Positions 47,266 through 57,486 of a stretch of 64,000 bases of DNA are shown here, piece after piece (position 1 is the stretch's first letter; every line of letters starts with the position of its first letter). Under the pieces are notes generated by a model, which saw nothing but the letters and a program-made list of their open reading frames with translations, did not search any database and was not told where the DNA came from. The stretch spans positions 40,505 to 104,504 of the forward strand of contig JBFFIE010000002.1 in the NCBI GenBank assembly GCA_041556555.1, written 5' to 3'. Source of the DNA: Gammaproteobacteria bacterium. Its GTDB lineage: Bacteria; Pseudomonadota; Gammaproteobacteria; Eutrophobiales; Eutrophobiaceae. The position numbers were made by a program, and so were the translations under genes.

Positions 47266-48016
47266 TCAGGTCACTCTTCCCGCACTCGGGACAGTTCGGA
47301 TCCTTGTTCAGCTTTGCGGTATGCCATTCCATATTCATGGCGTCCAGCAACAACAGTCTCCCTTCCAGTGTATTGCCGATGCCCATGATGAGTTTCATGA
47401 CCTCACAAGCCTGGATGCTGCCGATGATTCCCAGCAATGGCGCAATAACACCGTTAGCGGTACAGGACTGGTCTAGTTCTGATTCGCTGCCGTAGAGGCA
47501 GCGGTAACAGGGTGAATTGTCATTGGCCAAATTATAGACACTGACCTGGGCCTCGAACCGGATTGCAGCACCGGAAACCAGCGGTGTCCTGCTCCTGACA
47601 CAGGCCGCATTGACGGCAAAACGGGTGCTGAAGTTATCACTGGCGTCAACGACCACATCAGCTCTGGAAACTTCTTCCAGCAATTCCTTCCCATCCAGTT
47701 TATGGTCGATGGTCGTAATGTGGACATCCGGGTTTAACACTGAGAGGTATTCACTGGCGGACTCGACCTTGAGTTTGCCTATATCCGGTGTAGTGTGAAC
47801 AATCTGTCGTTGCAAGTTGGACAGATCAACCTTGTCGTAGTCCACCAGAACCAGCTGACCGATACCACCCGCTGCCAGGTAAACTGATGCTGCTGATCCC
47901 AGTCCGCCGATCCCGATGATCATGACCTGGGCCTTCGCGAGTTTCTCCTGTCCTTCCGCATCAATTTCCGGCAGCATTATTTGCCGGCTGTAACGTAATA
48001 ATTGTTCGTCATTCAT
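47237..48016 (-). CDS. moeB: Molybdopterin-synthase adenylyltransferase-like E1 (MoeB/ThiF family)
   Basis: 259 aa. LRYSRQI, GxGxxG (IGIGGLGSA), CYRC...CPEC zinc tetrad. No rhodanese domain. Downstream of hemA-prfA-prmC as in Pseudomonas. Confidence 0.85.
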   Translation of the reverse strand: MNDEQLLRYSRQIMLPEIDAEGQEKLAKAQVMIIGIGGLGSAASVYLAAGGIGQLVLVDYDKVDLSNLQRQIVHTTPDIGKLKVESASEYLSVLNPDVHITTIDHKLDGKELLEEVSRADVVVDASDNFSTRFAVNAACVRSRTPLVSGAAIRFEAQVSVYNLANDNSPCYRCLYGSESELDQSCTANGVIAPLLGIIGSIQACEVMKLIMGIGNTLEGRLLLLDAMNMEWHTAKLNKDPNCPECGKSDLNEASHRAAT

Positions 48017-48210
48017 GAAGATTATGAATCTCTGGGCTCGTATTTTTGCCAGAGGTGGTGCCGCCCCTGGTTTGTAACCTGCATACCCTGTCTGGCCCGC
48101 CGGATGTAGATTGCACGCAGGCGTTGTAACAGACCGCTGCGCTGTTCAAGATTGAACTTCTGGTTTTCAGACATAAATTCATGGAATGCTTGAAATAACC
48201 TCATAAGTTA

Positions 48211-49065
48211 TCAAGGCTTGAATTGCCCGCCGCTGACCCGTTCATGTCCGGCATAGTCTCTACGGGTAAAAATTCCCGTAAAACCATTTTCTTGTAACAG
48301 CTTATGCACACTAACAGCCTGATCATAACCATGCTCGAGCAAAAGCCAACCTTGGAGATTCATAAAGTTTTTGGCCTGCTGGCAAATGACCCGAATGGCA
48401 TCCAGCCCGTCAGGTCCGGCTATCAGGGCGCTGACGGGTTCGTGTTTTATATCTCCTGATAGTAGATGGGGATCGTTCTCCGAGATATACGGTGGATTGG
48501 AAACAATCACATCAAAACGGCCCTCCACGTTTGTAAACCAATTGCTTTGAATAAAATCAATCTGGTTCAGTTGCAGGCGCTCAGCATTTTCTCTGGCAAT
48601 AGCGAGGGTGCTTTCGTTAATATCAGTAGCAACAATCCGGCAATGTGGACGTTCACTTGCTATTGCAATCGCGATAGCGCCACTGCCACTGCCAAGATCA
48701 GCAATTCTCCCGGGTTGATTTAGTGGAATGCGATCCAGTACGGACTCAAGCAGGCACTCCGTGTCCGGTCTCGGAATCAAGGTATCTTGATTGACTGTAA
48801 GCTCAATAGACCAGAATTCCTTTTTACCGGTGAGATATGCGACCGGGTATCCCGTTTGACGTTGATCGATCAATTTCTCAAATGCCGACTGTTGCCCGGA
48901 TTGCAGGGTTACCTCCGGGTATGCATACAATCGACTCCTGTCGGAGCCCAGTACATGGCAGAGCAAGACCTCAGCATCGAGCCGGGCGCTATCAAACCCG
49001 GTCAGTTGTGACCGTGCTTGGTCCAGAGCCTCACTGATTGTCAGGGCAGTCATGAAATTATGCAT
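48211..49065 (-). CDS. prmC: Release-factor glutamine N5-methyltransferase
   Basis: 284 aa. SAM motif [12 protein letters not shown] and NPPY catalytic motif. Confidence 0.9.
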   Translation of the reverse strand: MHNFMTALTISEALDQARSQLTGFDSARLDAEVLLCHVLGSDRSRLYAYPEVTLQSGQQSAFEKLIDQRQTGYPVAYLTGKKEFWSIELTVNQDTLIPRPDTECLLESVLDRIPLNQPGRIADLGSGSGAIAIAIASERPHCRIVATDINESTLAIARENAERLQLNQIDFIQSNWFTNVEGRFDVIVSNPPYISENDPHLLSGDIKHEPVSALIAGPDGLDAIRVICQQAKNFMNLQGWLLLEHGYDQAVSVHKLLQENGFTGIFTRRDYAGHERVSGGQFKP

Positions 49066-50143
49066 TCAATGCAGAGAGCTGATCTGCCTGATACTCGTTA
49101 ATCAATGGATCGATGATCATGTCCAGGTCACCTTCCAGTATTTCTTCAAGACTGTAAAGCGACAAATTGATGCGATGATCAGTGACGCGTCCCTGCGGAT
49201 AGTTATAGGTACGAATGCGTTCTGAGCGGTCGCCCGAGCCAACCAGGTTACGACGGTTTTCGGCCTGCTCGGCGATCTGTTTTTCACGCTCTGTGTCGAG
49301 AAGTCTGGCCTTGAGGAATGACATGGCCTTGGCACGGTTCTTGTGCTGAGAGCGTTCGTCCTGGCATTCAACTACGGTATTGGTAGGCAAGTGGGTGATG
49401 CGAACAGCCGAATCCGTTTTGTTGACATGCTGTCCCCCTGCGCCAGAGGCGCGAAAAGTATCGATGCGCAGGTCGGCCGGGTTTATCTCTATATCTTCAA
49501 TATCATCAACTTCCGGCAGTACGGCAACTGTGCAAGCCGAGGTATGGATTCTGCCCTGCGATTCGGTTTCAGGAACACGTTGCACCCGGTGGGCACCTGA
49601 TTCAAATTTCAGTCTCGAGTAAGCACCATCACCTATCACGCGCAGGATCACTTCACGGAAACTGCCGGTCAGGTCGCCGGGTGAAGCACTGAGCACCTCT
49701 GTTTTCCAGCCACGTGCTTCAGCATACTTTGCGTACATGCGCATCAATACCCCGGCAAATAATGCAGCCTCCTCGCCACCAGTCCCGGCACGTATTTCCA
49801 GATATATATTACTGTGGTCAGCCGGATCTCTTGGTAACAACAGGCGTTGCAATTCCTGCTCCAATGTTTTGTTTTTCTGTTCTACTCCATGCAATTCTTC
49901 TTCGGCCAGAGCGCGCATTTCCTTGTCTGAATCTTCAAGCATTTCCCGGGCTGAAATGATATTGCTACGATTTTGCTGGTAGTCGATGAAACAATTCACT
50001 ACCGGTCTTATCTCGGCATATTCACGGGACAAATCACGAAACTTTTTTTGATCACTGATGATTGATGGATCAGCAAGCAGTGCATCAAGTTCCTGCAAAC
50101 GTTCAGAAATGGATTCCAGTTTTTTTAATAATGAGTCTTTCAT
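49058..50143 (-). CDS. prfA: Peptide chain release factor 1
   Basis: 361 aa. PxT-type RF1 motif and GGQ ([22 protein letters not shown]). Confidence 0.95.
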   Translation of the reverse strand: MKDSLLKKLESISERLQELDALLADPSIISDQKKFRDLSREYAEIRPVVNCFIDYQQNRSNIISAREMLEDSDKEMRALAEEELHGVEQKNKTLEQELQRLLLPRDPADHSNIYLEIRAGTGGEEAALFAGVLMRMYAKYAEARGWKTEVLSASPGDLTGSFREVILRVIGDGAYSRLKFESGAHRVQRVPETESQGRIHTSACTVAVLPEVDDIEDIEINPADLRIDTFRASGAGGQHVNKTDSAVRITHLPTNTVVECQDERSQHKNRAKAMSFLKARLLDTEREKQIAEQAENRRNLVGSGDRSERIRTYNYPQGRVTDHRINLSLYSLEEILEGDLDMIIDPLINEYQADQLSALNA

Positions 50144-50199
50144 GAATAAATAATAAGGTTGGATACACCAGTCTCAGGCAAGCGGTTGCAACTGACTGG

Positions 50200-51480
50200 C
50201 TACTTGTCTGATTTTTTGTGGAGATTGTCCAGCTTCAGATTGAAAAGTTCCTGCGCAGCAAGCAGCAGTTCCTTTCGACCCTCGGTGCCAGCGAGTCTCA
50301 GCTGGGCAGTAGGCTGGTGTATGATCCGGTTGGTCAAAGTATTACTGAGTTCCTGAATTACTTTTTCCGGGTCTGCACCAGCGCGAAGTTTTCTTCGTGC
50401 ATCTATCAGAGTGTCTTCATGAATATCATAGGCCTGTTCGCGGAGTGCACAAATAGTGGAGACAGCATCCAGTGAATTTAACCAATCCATAAATTCCAGG
50501 ACCTGGATATTAATAATCTCTTCCGCCTGGACGGCTGCCTGTTTCCGATTGCGCAGGTTTTCCTGAATCACATCTTTTAAATCATCCACTGTATAGAGAT
50601 AAATATCTTTGAGTTCCCCGGCCTCCGGTTCAATATCACGTGGAACGGCGATATCCACCATAAACATCGGTCGATGTTTCCGGGTCCTTATGGCACGTTC
50701 AATTGCGCCCTTGCCCAGAATGGGCAACTGACTGGCCGTAGATGAAAATACGATATCAGCTTCAGCAAGATGCGAGGGTATGTCTGCAAGAGGAATTGCA
50801 TAAGCGGAAAATTCCTGTGCCAGTTTCTGGGAACGTTCCACCGTGCGGTTGGCTATGATCATGCGCTCCAGTCCGTTTTCGTGTAAATGCCTTGCTGCCA
50901 GCTCGATGGTTTCGCCGGCACCTATCAACAAGGCGGTCCGCGTTGATAAATCCCCGAAGATTTGCTGTGCCAATCTGACGGCAGCAAAGGCAACAGACAC
51001 GGGATGGGCGCCAATCATGGTACTGGAACGGATTTCCTTGGCCACCCGGAAGGAGTGCTGAAACAACCGGCTCAGGTATTTGCCAATGCTGCCGGCATTT
51101 ACGGCAATCTGATAGGCACGTTTCAGTTGACCCAGAACCTGGGGTTCACCCAGGACCATTGAATCCAGTCCGGAAGCAACGCGCAAAATGTGTTTGACAG
51201 CATATTCGTCCAGGTGGCGGTAAACAAAAGGTTGCAGTTGCTCATGCTGCAACCCATAGTGGTCTGATAACCAGTGCAATAGGCTGGGATCAGTGGGCTG
51301 GTCGAGATGGCAATAGATTTCGGTCCGGTTGCAGGTTGATAGTATGGCCGCCTCAGCCACCCCCCGCTCCCGGGTCAGGTGTGTCAGGGTCTCAGGTACT
51401 GTGTCCTCGACAAAACTGATCCTCTCCCGTAATTCAATGGGGGCTGTAGCATGATTAACACCAAAGGCGAGAAGTGACAT
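50200..51480 (-). CDS. hemA: Glutamyl-tRNA reductase
   Basis: MSLLAFGVNHATAPIELRE matches the E. coli HemA N-terminus. CNRTEIY active-site Cys. NADPH-binding domain. Confidence 0.9.
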   Translation of the reverse strand: MSLLAFGVNHATAPIELRERISFVEDTVPETLTHLTRERGVAEAAILSTCNRTEIYCHLDQPTDPSLLHWLSDHYGLQHEQLQPFVYRHLDEYAVKHILRVASGLDSMVLGEPQVLGQLKRAYQIAVNAGSIGKYLSRLFQHSFRVAKEIRSSTMIGAHPVSVAFAAVRLAQQIFGDLSTRTALLIGAGETIELAARHLHENGLERMIIANRTVERSQKLAQEFSAYAIPLADIPSHLAEADIVFSSTASQLPILGKGAIERAIRTRKHRPMFMVDIAVPRDIEPEAGELKDIYLYTVDDLKDVIQENLRNRKQAAVQAEEIINIQVLEFMDWLNSLDAVSTICALREQAYDIHEDTLIDARRKLRAGADPEKVIQELSNTLTNRIIHQPTAQLRLAGTEGRKELLLAAQELFNLKLDNLHKKSDK

Positions 51481-51687
51481 ACAATTCAATAACGTATCTG
51501 TTATTCATAAAATTCTGAGCGAAGCCTCGCTGGAAAACAAGCAATTTTGCGCATTACGTCTTAGTAAAGTCAGGTATTAGGTGCTAGGATAAAAAAACAG
51601 GCTGTTTAAACAAGACGTTAATTAAAGGGAACGTTTCACCCCGGTATCGAGTCAATCCCTCTGGAACCACCAAGACACATTAATTTA

Positions 51688-53469
51688 ATGAACGGTATAT
51701 CGACCCTGTTCTGCAGAAAAATACCAGCCCGCGCCATGACTCTCCTGCTGCTCACACTGGCTGCGGGATGTGCCGGCCTGTCTGACAGGACCAAAAGCCA
51801 GGGCCCCTCGAGTGCCGTCAGCAGCCAAACTGCCGAAACCACCAGTGACAGAGTCCCCGCGGTTGAGTCGTCAACCCGTCCTGATATCGAGCTGACCGAG
51901 GATATACTCTACAAGCTGCTGGTTGCCGAAATTGCCGGTCAACGTGGCCAGCTGGATATAGCTGTTGATAATTACCTGGACCTGGCCGAGGAGACCCGGG
52001 ACCCCGAGATTGCCAGCCGGGCAACCCGTATCGCGGTCTATGCACGCAATGATGAGGCAGCATCCCGTGCCGCCAGGATCTGGGTCGAACTCGATCCAGA
52101 CAGCATCGATGCCCATCAGGTCCTTGCGGTACTCGCCGTGCGCAGGGGTGATCTGGACGCTGCCATGTCTCACTTCGAAATCATCCTTGCCCAGTCGGCA
52201 GGTTCCATGGATCAGAAACTCTGGGTCATCGCCAATCTGCTCGGCAAGGAAGATAATCATGATAACGTCAAGGCTGTCATGGAGAGACTGATGGAGGGCT
52301 ATCAGGATGATCCGGATGCTTTGTATGCCTATGCCCATGTCATGTCACGATTAGGTGATGAAGCAAAAGCAATGGAGATCCTCAGGCAGTTACTGGAAAT
52401 CGTGCCTGACAATACCAATGCCACGATCAGTTATGTTTCGCTTCTGCAACAGGATGGACAGACAGAGAAAGCACTTCAGTGGCTGGAAAAATCGATACAG
52501 CAAAACCCGGACAATATTAATCTCAGGCTGTTTTATGCGCGGTTCCTGACAGATATCAAATATTACTCTGAGGCCAAGAAACAATTTCAGGACCTATACG
52601 AAGTCGTGCCGGAAAACATTGATGTGCTCTATGCACTCGGGCTACTCCATTTGCAGGACAATGAGCTGAAAGAGGCCAGGACTTATTTTGAACAATTGTC
52701 TGAGCAGGGCGAGCGTGTTGAAGAAACCAGTTATTACCTTGGTCGGATTGCCGAGGAGGATGGTGATCTGGATCAGGCCATCATCTGGTATAGCAATTTA
52801 CAATCTGGCGCTAATTATTTTGATGCGCAGATTCGTGTTGGCCTGATCATGGCAAAACAGGGCAAACTGGAAGAGGCCCGCACTCACCTGCAGTCGATCC
52901 CTGCCCAGGGACCCGATCAAAAGACCATCCTGGTTCAGGCCGAGGGTGAATTGCTGGTAGAGGAAAAGCGCTACGAGGAAGCGCTTAAAGTTTACAACAA
53001 GGCACTGGACAAAAATTTCAATGCTGATCTGCTCTATTCTCGCGCCATGCTGGCGGAAAAGATGAATCGGCTGGATATCCTCGAAGATGATCTCAAGGCC
53101 ATTATTGAGAAAAACCCGGAACATGTGCAGGCTCTGAATGCCCTGGGATATACCCTGGCTGATCGTACTGATCGTTATGAAGAAGCCCACGACCTGATCA
53201 GTCAGGCACTGGCACTCAAACCCGACGATTTCTATATCCTTGATAGTATGGGCTGGGTTCTCTATCGCATGGGGCGTCTGGATGAGGCCGTTGAATACCT
53301 GAGGCGCGCGCTCAAGGAACGGGCCGATCCTGAAATTGCAGCGCATCTGGGTGAAGTGCTCTGGGTCAAGGGTGACAAGGAGGCAGCCCGCCAGGTCTGG
53401 GAAACCGCCTTAAAAGAAACCCCGGAAGACGCCCGCCTGCTGGATGTAATACAGCGTTTCAATCCGTGA
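51688..53469 (+). CDS. TPR-repeat lipoprotein (upstream partner of lolB)
   Basis: 593 aa. Lipobox LAAGCAG. Many TPR repeats. The start may be the downstream Met at 51736. Confidence 0.75.
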   Translation: MNGISTLFCRKIPARAMTLLLLTLAAGCAGLSDRTKSQGPSSAVSSQTAETTSDRVPAVESSTRPDIELTEDILYKLLVAEIAGQRGQLDIAVDNYLDLAEETRDPEIASRATRIAVYARNDEAASRAARIWVELDPDSIDAHQVLAVLAVRRGDLDAAMSHFEIILAQSAGSMDQKLWVIANLLGKEDNHDNVKAVMERLMEGYQDDPDALYAYAHVMSRLGDEAKAMEILRQLLEIVPDNTNATISYVSLLQQDGQTEKALQWLEKSIQQNPDNINLRLFYARFLTDIKYYSEAKKQFQDLYEVVPENIDVLYALGLLHLQDNELKEARTYFEQLSEQGERVEETSYYLGRIAEEDGDLDQAIIWYSNLQSGANYFDAQIRVGLIMAKQGKLEEARTHLQSIPAQGPDQKTILVQAEGELLVEEKRYEEALKVYNKALDKNFNADLLYSRAMLAEKMNRLDILEDDLKAIIEKNPEHVQALNALGYTLADRTDRYEEAHDLISQALALKPDDFYILDSMGWVLYRMGRLDEAVEYLRRALKERADPEIAAHLGEVLWVKGDKEAARQVWETALKETPEDARLLDVIQRFNP

Positions 53470-54062
53470 CCCGATCCGGCCTGTTCCTGCTGGTCATCCT
53501 CCTGACCGGTTGTGCCGTCAGTCCCATACAAACCACCATGGTTGCCATTGATGATCCCGCTTGGGAACTGCGGCGAACTGCGCTTGCAGACTTGCAACGT
53601 TGGTCTCTCAAGGGTCGAATGGCCTTGCGAACAGACAAAGAGAGCTGGACTGTGACCCTACACTGGGAAAACGAGGTCGATCGTTTTCAACTCCGCATGA
53701 TTGCACCTTTGGGCCAAGGGACATGGCAGCTGACAGGTAACCGTGACCTGGTTGCACTGACCACCGATGACAATCAGACTTATGAAGCGGCAGACTCCGA
53801 GTCCCTGTTGCGCCAGACCCTGGGCTGGGAGATCCCGCTGGAAGGACTGGAATACTGGGTTCGAGGTATGCCCCAGCCCAATAAGCCATTTGACCGGATT
53901 CTTCTTGATAGTGAAGCACGCATGGTCGATCTGAAACAATCCGGCTGGGAGATCAAGATTGAGCGATACCAGAAGGTTAGGGGCATGGATCTGCCCGGAA
54001 AAATTTCCATGTTCAACCCGCATTTTTCAGTAAAACTGGTCATACAGGATTGGCAGACTTGA
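53466..54062 (+). CDS. lolB: Outer-membrane lipoprotein LolB
   Basis: 198 aa. Lipobox LLTGCA. LolB-like size and gene context (TPR-lolB-ispE). Confidence 0.8.
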   Translation: MTRSGLFLLVILLTGCAVSPIQTTMVAIDDPAWELRRTALADLQRWSLKGRMALRTDKESWTVTLHWENEVDRFQLRMIAPLGQGTWQLTGNRDLVALTTDDNQTYEAADSESLLRQTLGWEIPLEGLEYWVRGMPQPNKPFDRILLDSEARMVDLKQSGWEIKIERYQKVRGMDLPGKISMFNPHFSVKLVIQDWQT

Positions 54063-54907
54063 AGAGCAGTGACTGGCCGGCCCCGGCCAAGTTGAACCTG
54101 TTTTTGCATGTGACTGGTCGCCGGGAGGACGGTTATCACGAATTACAGACCCTGTTTCAATTCCTGGATTATTGCGATCGTCTGGATTTTTCGTCCCGTG
54201 CGGACGGCCGTATTAATCGGGAAGCAAATTATTCCGATGTGTCCGCAGAAGATGATCTTGTGGTACGCGCCGCCAGGGCACTGCAGGAGAATAGCGGTTG
54301 CAGTCAGGGTGCTGATATCAGGGTCGAGAAGCATTTGCCCATGGGTGGAGGGCTCGGTGGCGGCAGTTCCAATGCCGCGACCGTCATCGTGGCCCTCAAC
54401 CAGGTCTGGTCGCTGGGACTCTCGGTCGAACAACTGGCCGAGATTGGTCTTGGCCTGGGTGCCGATGTGCCGGTTTTCATCCATGGTCATGCGGCCTGGG
54501 CGGAGGGCGTAGGCGAGCGTTTGACCGCTGTGGATCCATTTGAACCTTGGTACCTGGTTATCTGCCCGGACTGCCATGTTTCCACAAGTGTAGTATTCAA
54601 TGCCGAGGATTTGACACGTCATACACCTGCAATCACAATACGCGACTTCCTGAAGTCAGGTGGCCATAATGACTGTGAACCCGTGGTGAGAAAGCGTTAT
54701 CACGAGGTGGCCGAGGCCCTGGACTGGTTGAGCCAGTATGGCAAGGCCCGAATGACGGGAACCGGTGCGTGTATCTTTGCCGGATTTGAGAATGAGAAAG
54801 AGGCCGTTTCCCTGCGGAAAAAGCTTCCCGGGAAATGGCATGGATTTGTTGCGAGGGGCAGGAACCAGTCTCCCTTGCTGGTCAGGCTGGCCAAAGAGGC
54901 AAGCTGA
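54050..54907 (+). CDS. ispE: 4-diphosphocytidyl-2-C-methyl-D-erythritol kinase
   Basis: 285 aa. PAKLNLFLHVTGRREDGYHELQTLFQ and GHMP-kinase motif PMGGGLGGGSSNAA. Confidence 0.9.
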   Translation: MADLKSSDWPAPAKLNLFLHVTGRREDGYHELQTLFQFLDYCDRLDFSSRADGRINREANYSDVSAEDDLVVRAARALQENSGCSQGADIRVEKHLPMGGGLGGGSSNAATVIVALNQVWSLGLSVEQLAEIGLGLGADVPVFIHGHAAWAEGVGERLTAVDPFEPWYLVICPDCHVSTSVVFNAEDLTRHTPAITIRDFLKSGGHNDCEPVVRKRYHEVAEALDWLSQYGKARMTGTGACIFAGFENEKEAVSLRKKLPGKWHGFVARGRNQSPLLVRLAKEAS

Positions 54908-54940
54908 CAATCGGGACACCAGGATTGAACAAATATTCAT

Positions 54941-55016
54941 TGGGGTGTAGCCAAGTGGTTAAGGCACGGGGTTTTGATCCCCGCATTCCCAGGTTCGAAT
55001 CCTGGCACCCCAGCCA
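54941..55016 (+). tRNA. tRNA-Gln (anticodon UUG)
   Basis: Manual cloverleaf: acceptor TGGGGTG/CACCCCA, anticodon stem CGGGG/CCCCG with loop TTTTGAT, T-arm CCAGG-TTCGAAT-CCTGG, encoded CCA. Near-identical architecture to E. coli tRNA-Gln. Confidence 0.9.
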
Positions 55017-55040
55017 GATTATTCAGTCACCGGGGACCTT

Positions 55041-55994
55041 ATGTCATTAAGCAATTCAATGCTCTTTACGGGTAACGCCAACCCGCGTCTGGCAGTGGAT
55101 ATTTCAGGTTGCCTGAACCTGCCGCTGGGCAAGATCAATGTCGGTTGCTTCAGTGACGGCGAGGTGATGGTAGATATTGATGAGAATGTGCGCGGTCGGG
55201 ATATATATATAATTCAGTCCATCTGTACGCCCGCAAATGACAACCTGATGGAACTGCTGGTCATCACGGATGCTATGCACCGTGCTTCGGCGGACCGGAT
55301 AACGGCAGTCATTCCCTATATGGGATATGCCAGGCAGGACCGGCGGACCCGTTCGGCACGGGTACCGATCACCGCCAAGGTTGTTGCCAATATGATTGTG
55401 GTTGCAGGTGTAGACCGGGTATTGACCGTGGACCTGCACGCAGACCAGATCCAGGGGTTTTTTGATATCCCTCTGGATAACGTGTATTCGTCGCCGGTAT
55501 TGCTTGGCGATATCTGGAAACATGAATATCCGGATCTGGTGGTGGTTTCACCAGACGTCGGTGGCGTAGTGAGAGCAAGGGCACTGGCCAAGCGACTGGA
55601 TGATACCGAGCTGGCCATTATCGATAAACGCCGACCCAGGGCCAATGAATCAGAGATTATGAATATCATTGGTGACGTTGAAGATCGGACCTGTGTCATT
55701 ATCGATGACCTTGTCGACACGGCCGGGACCCTGTGTAATGCTGCAGGGGCGTTGAAGGAGCATGGTGCGAAAAAAGTGGTTGCCTATTGCACCCATCCGG
55801 TCCTGTCCGGGAATGCAGTAAAGAATATTGAAGCATCGCAACTGGATGAACTGGTGGTTACTGATACCATTCCCCTGCGGTCCGAGGCTGCCACCTGCAG
55901 CAAGATCAGGCAACTGAGTGTTGCCGCCATGCTGGCCGAGAGTATTCGCCGGGTCAGCGAGGGTGAGTCGCTCAGTTCCATGTTTGTCGATTGA
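55041..55994 (+). CDS. prs: Ribose-phosphate pyrophosphokinase
   Basis: 317 aa. [32 protein letters not shown], and the PRPP-binding loop DDLVDTAGT. Confidence 0.95.
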   Translation: MSLSNSMLFTGNANPRLAVDISGCLNLPLGKINVGCFSDGEVMVDIDENVRGRDIYIIQSICTPANDNLMELLVITDAMHRASADRITAVIPYMGYARQDRRTRSARVPITAKVVANMIVVAGVDRVLTVDLHADQIQGFFDIPLDNVYSSPVLLGDIWKHEYPDLVVVSPDVGGVVRARALAKRLDDTELAIIDKRRPRANESEIMNIIGDVEDRTCVIIDDLVDTAGTLCNAAGALKEHGAKKVVAYCTHPVLSGNAVKNIEASQLDELVVTDTIPLRSEAATCSKIRQLSVAAMLAESIRRVSEGESLSSMFVD

Positions 55995-56117
55995 CAAAGA
56001 AAGAATTACCGGAGGTTAAGCCTCTGGATAAACGGCATGTCTGGCATGTCATATATATGAGGTATCACCTGGTCGCGGGTGCTGCCTTTGGTTAAATCTA
56101 GATGAAGGAGCAATAAG

Positions 56118-56846
56118 ATGGAAGCATTTGATCTGGTTGCCGAACTGCGTGATGATTCAGGTAGAGGTGCGAGCCGCCGCCTGCGCAAAGACGGCAAATT
56201 ACCCGGTATTCTCTATGGCGGTGGCCAGGAGGCGACTCCGATTACTCTGAATCACGATGATGTGTTTCATCACCTGGAGCGAGAAGCCTTTTATTCACAC
56301 ATTTTGAACCTCACCATTGGCAAGAAAAAGCAAAAGGTCGTTCTCAAGGACCTGCAGCGTCATCCTTACAAGCCAACCATTACACATATCGACCTGCAGC
56401 GAGTCAGCGAAACAGAAAAACTGACCATGCGTGTTCCGATTCACTTCCTCAATGAAGAGAAATGTATTGGCGTAAAACAAAGCGGAGGTATTGTCAGTCA
56501 CATCATGACCGAGCTTGAGGTGACCTGTCTGCCGAAAGATCTGCCCGAATACATTGAGGTGGATGTGTTGAATCTTGATGTGGGTGATTCCATTCATGTC
56601 GAGGAACTGCAACTGCCGGAAGGTGTGGTTTCCTATGCCATGGAACATGGCGGCGATGGTTCAGCACCGGTTGTTGCTGTGAATATGCCACGTGTTGTAA
56701 TTGAAGAAGAGGAAGAAGCCGAGGCCGAGGCCGAGGCCGCAGAAGAAGAAGCCGCTGCCGCTGCCGCGGAAATGCCGGAAGCGGAAGAAGGAACGGAAGA
56801 AGACAAGGACAAAGACAAAGACAAGGAAGAGAAGTCCAAAGACTAA
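56118..56846 (+). CDS. rplY: 50S ribosomal protein L25 / general stress protein Ctc, with acidic low-complexity C-terminal tail
   Basis: 242 aa. L25 N-domain and Ctc beta-domain, followed by an EEEEAEAEAEAAEEEAAAAAAE...DKDKDKDKEEKSKD tail. Confidence 0.9.
   Translation: MEAFDLVAELRDDSGRGASRRLRKDGKLPGILYGGGQEATPITLNHDDVFHHLEREAFYSHILNLTIGKKKQKVVLKDLQRHPYKPTITHIDLQRVSETEKLTMRVPIHFLNEEKCIGVKQSGGIVSHIMTELEVTCLPKDLPEYIEVDVLNLDVGDSIHVEELQLPEGVVSYAMEHGGDGSAPVVAVNMPRVVIEEEEEAEAEAEAAEEEAAAAAAEMPEAEEGTEEDKDKDKDKEEKSKD
56704..56830 (+). repeat. Simple codon repeats (GAGGCC x3, GCCGCT x n, GACAAR x4) encoding the rplY acidic tail
   Basis: Seen directly in the sequence. Confidence 0.8.
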
Positions 56847-56869
56847 TCTTCTGCTGATCGGCAGATTAC

Positions 56870-57472
56870 GTGTCTCCACCGATTAAATTGATCGCGGGTC
56901 TGGGTAATCCAGGCCCCGAGCATTTAATGACCCGCCATAATGCCGGTTTCTGGTTTGTTGATGTCCTGGCAGAAAAATACTCACTGACTTTCAAAAACGA
57001 AACTAAGTTTCATGCTGAACTTGCGCGCCTGGAAGCTGATGGCATGAGTTGCTATGTCTGCAAACCGACGACATTCATGAATTGCAGTGGCCAGGCAGTT
57101 CAGGCGATTGCAAATTTCTACAAGATCAAACCGGAAGAAATCCTTGTGGTGCATGACGAAATAGATCTTGAGCCCGGCAGGGTACGCATAAAAACCGGTG
57201 GCGGGCATGGCGGCAACAATGGTTTGCGTGATGTTATTGAAAAGATCGGTAGTAATACATTTGCGCGGATTCGGCTAGGAGTTGGACACCCGGGTGACAG
57301 CCGCAAAGTTGTGGACTACGTGTTGTCAAAACCATCCGCAGATGACCAGGAAAAGATTATACAGGGAATTATGGATGTCATTCCGTTGTTACCGAAAATA
57401 GTCAATGGTGAAATACAAAAGGCCATGACAGAATTGCATACCATGCAAAATAACAACAAAAACCAGGACTGA
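56870..57472 (+). CDS. pth: Peptidyl-tRNA hydrolase
   Basis: GTG start. [27 protein letters not shown] is the canonical Pth N-terminus. Confidence 0.9.
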   Translation: MSPPIKLIAGLGNPGPEHLMTRHNAGFWFVDVLAEKYSLTFKNETKFHAELARLEADGMSCYVCKPTTFMNCSGQAVQAIANFYKIKPEEILVVHDEIDLEPGRVRIKTGGGHGGNNGLRDVIEKIGSNTFARIRLGVGHPGDSRKVVDYVLSKPSADDQEKIIQGIMDVIPLLPKIVNGEIQKAMTELHTMQNNNKNQD

Positions 57473-57486
57473 TTAGGTTAAACAAG

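Noticed and set aside
51871-52338. 155-aa minus-strand ORF (plus 52798-53346 and 53658-54023 and similar) inside the TPR-protein and lolB genes
   Set aside because: These are antisense to genes supported by lipobox signals, TPR repeats and conserved synteny (TPR-lolB-ispE).
54143-54622. 159-aa minus-strand ORF inside ispE
   Set aside because: It is antisense to the GHMP-kinase motifs of IspE.
55104-55720. 139-aa and 134-aa minus-strand ORFs inside prs
   Set aside because: They are antisense to ribose-phosphate pyrophosphokinase, which is near-identical in motif content to characterised Prs.
56633-56886. Several 60-70-aa ORFs on both strands over the rplY tail (Ser/Ala/Gly/Phe/Leu-rich or Lys/Arg-rich)
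   Set aside because: They are generated by the simple-sequence repeat read in other frames. They are not independent genes.
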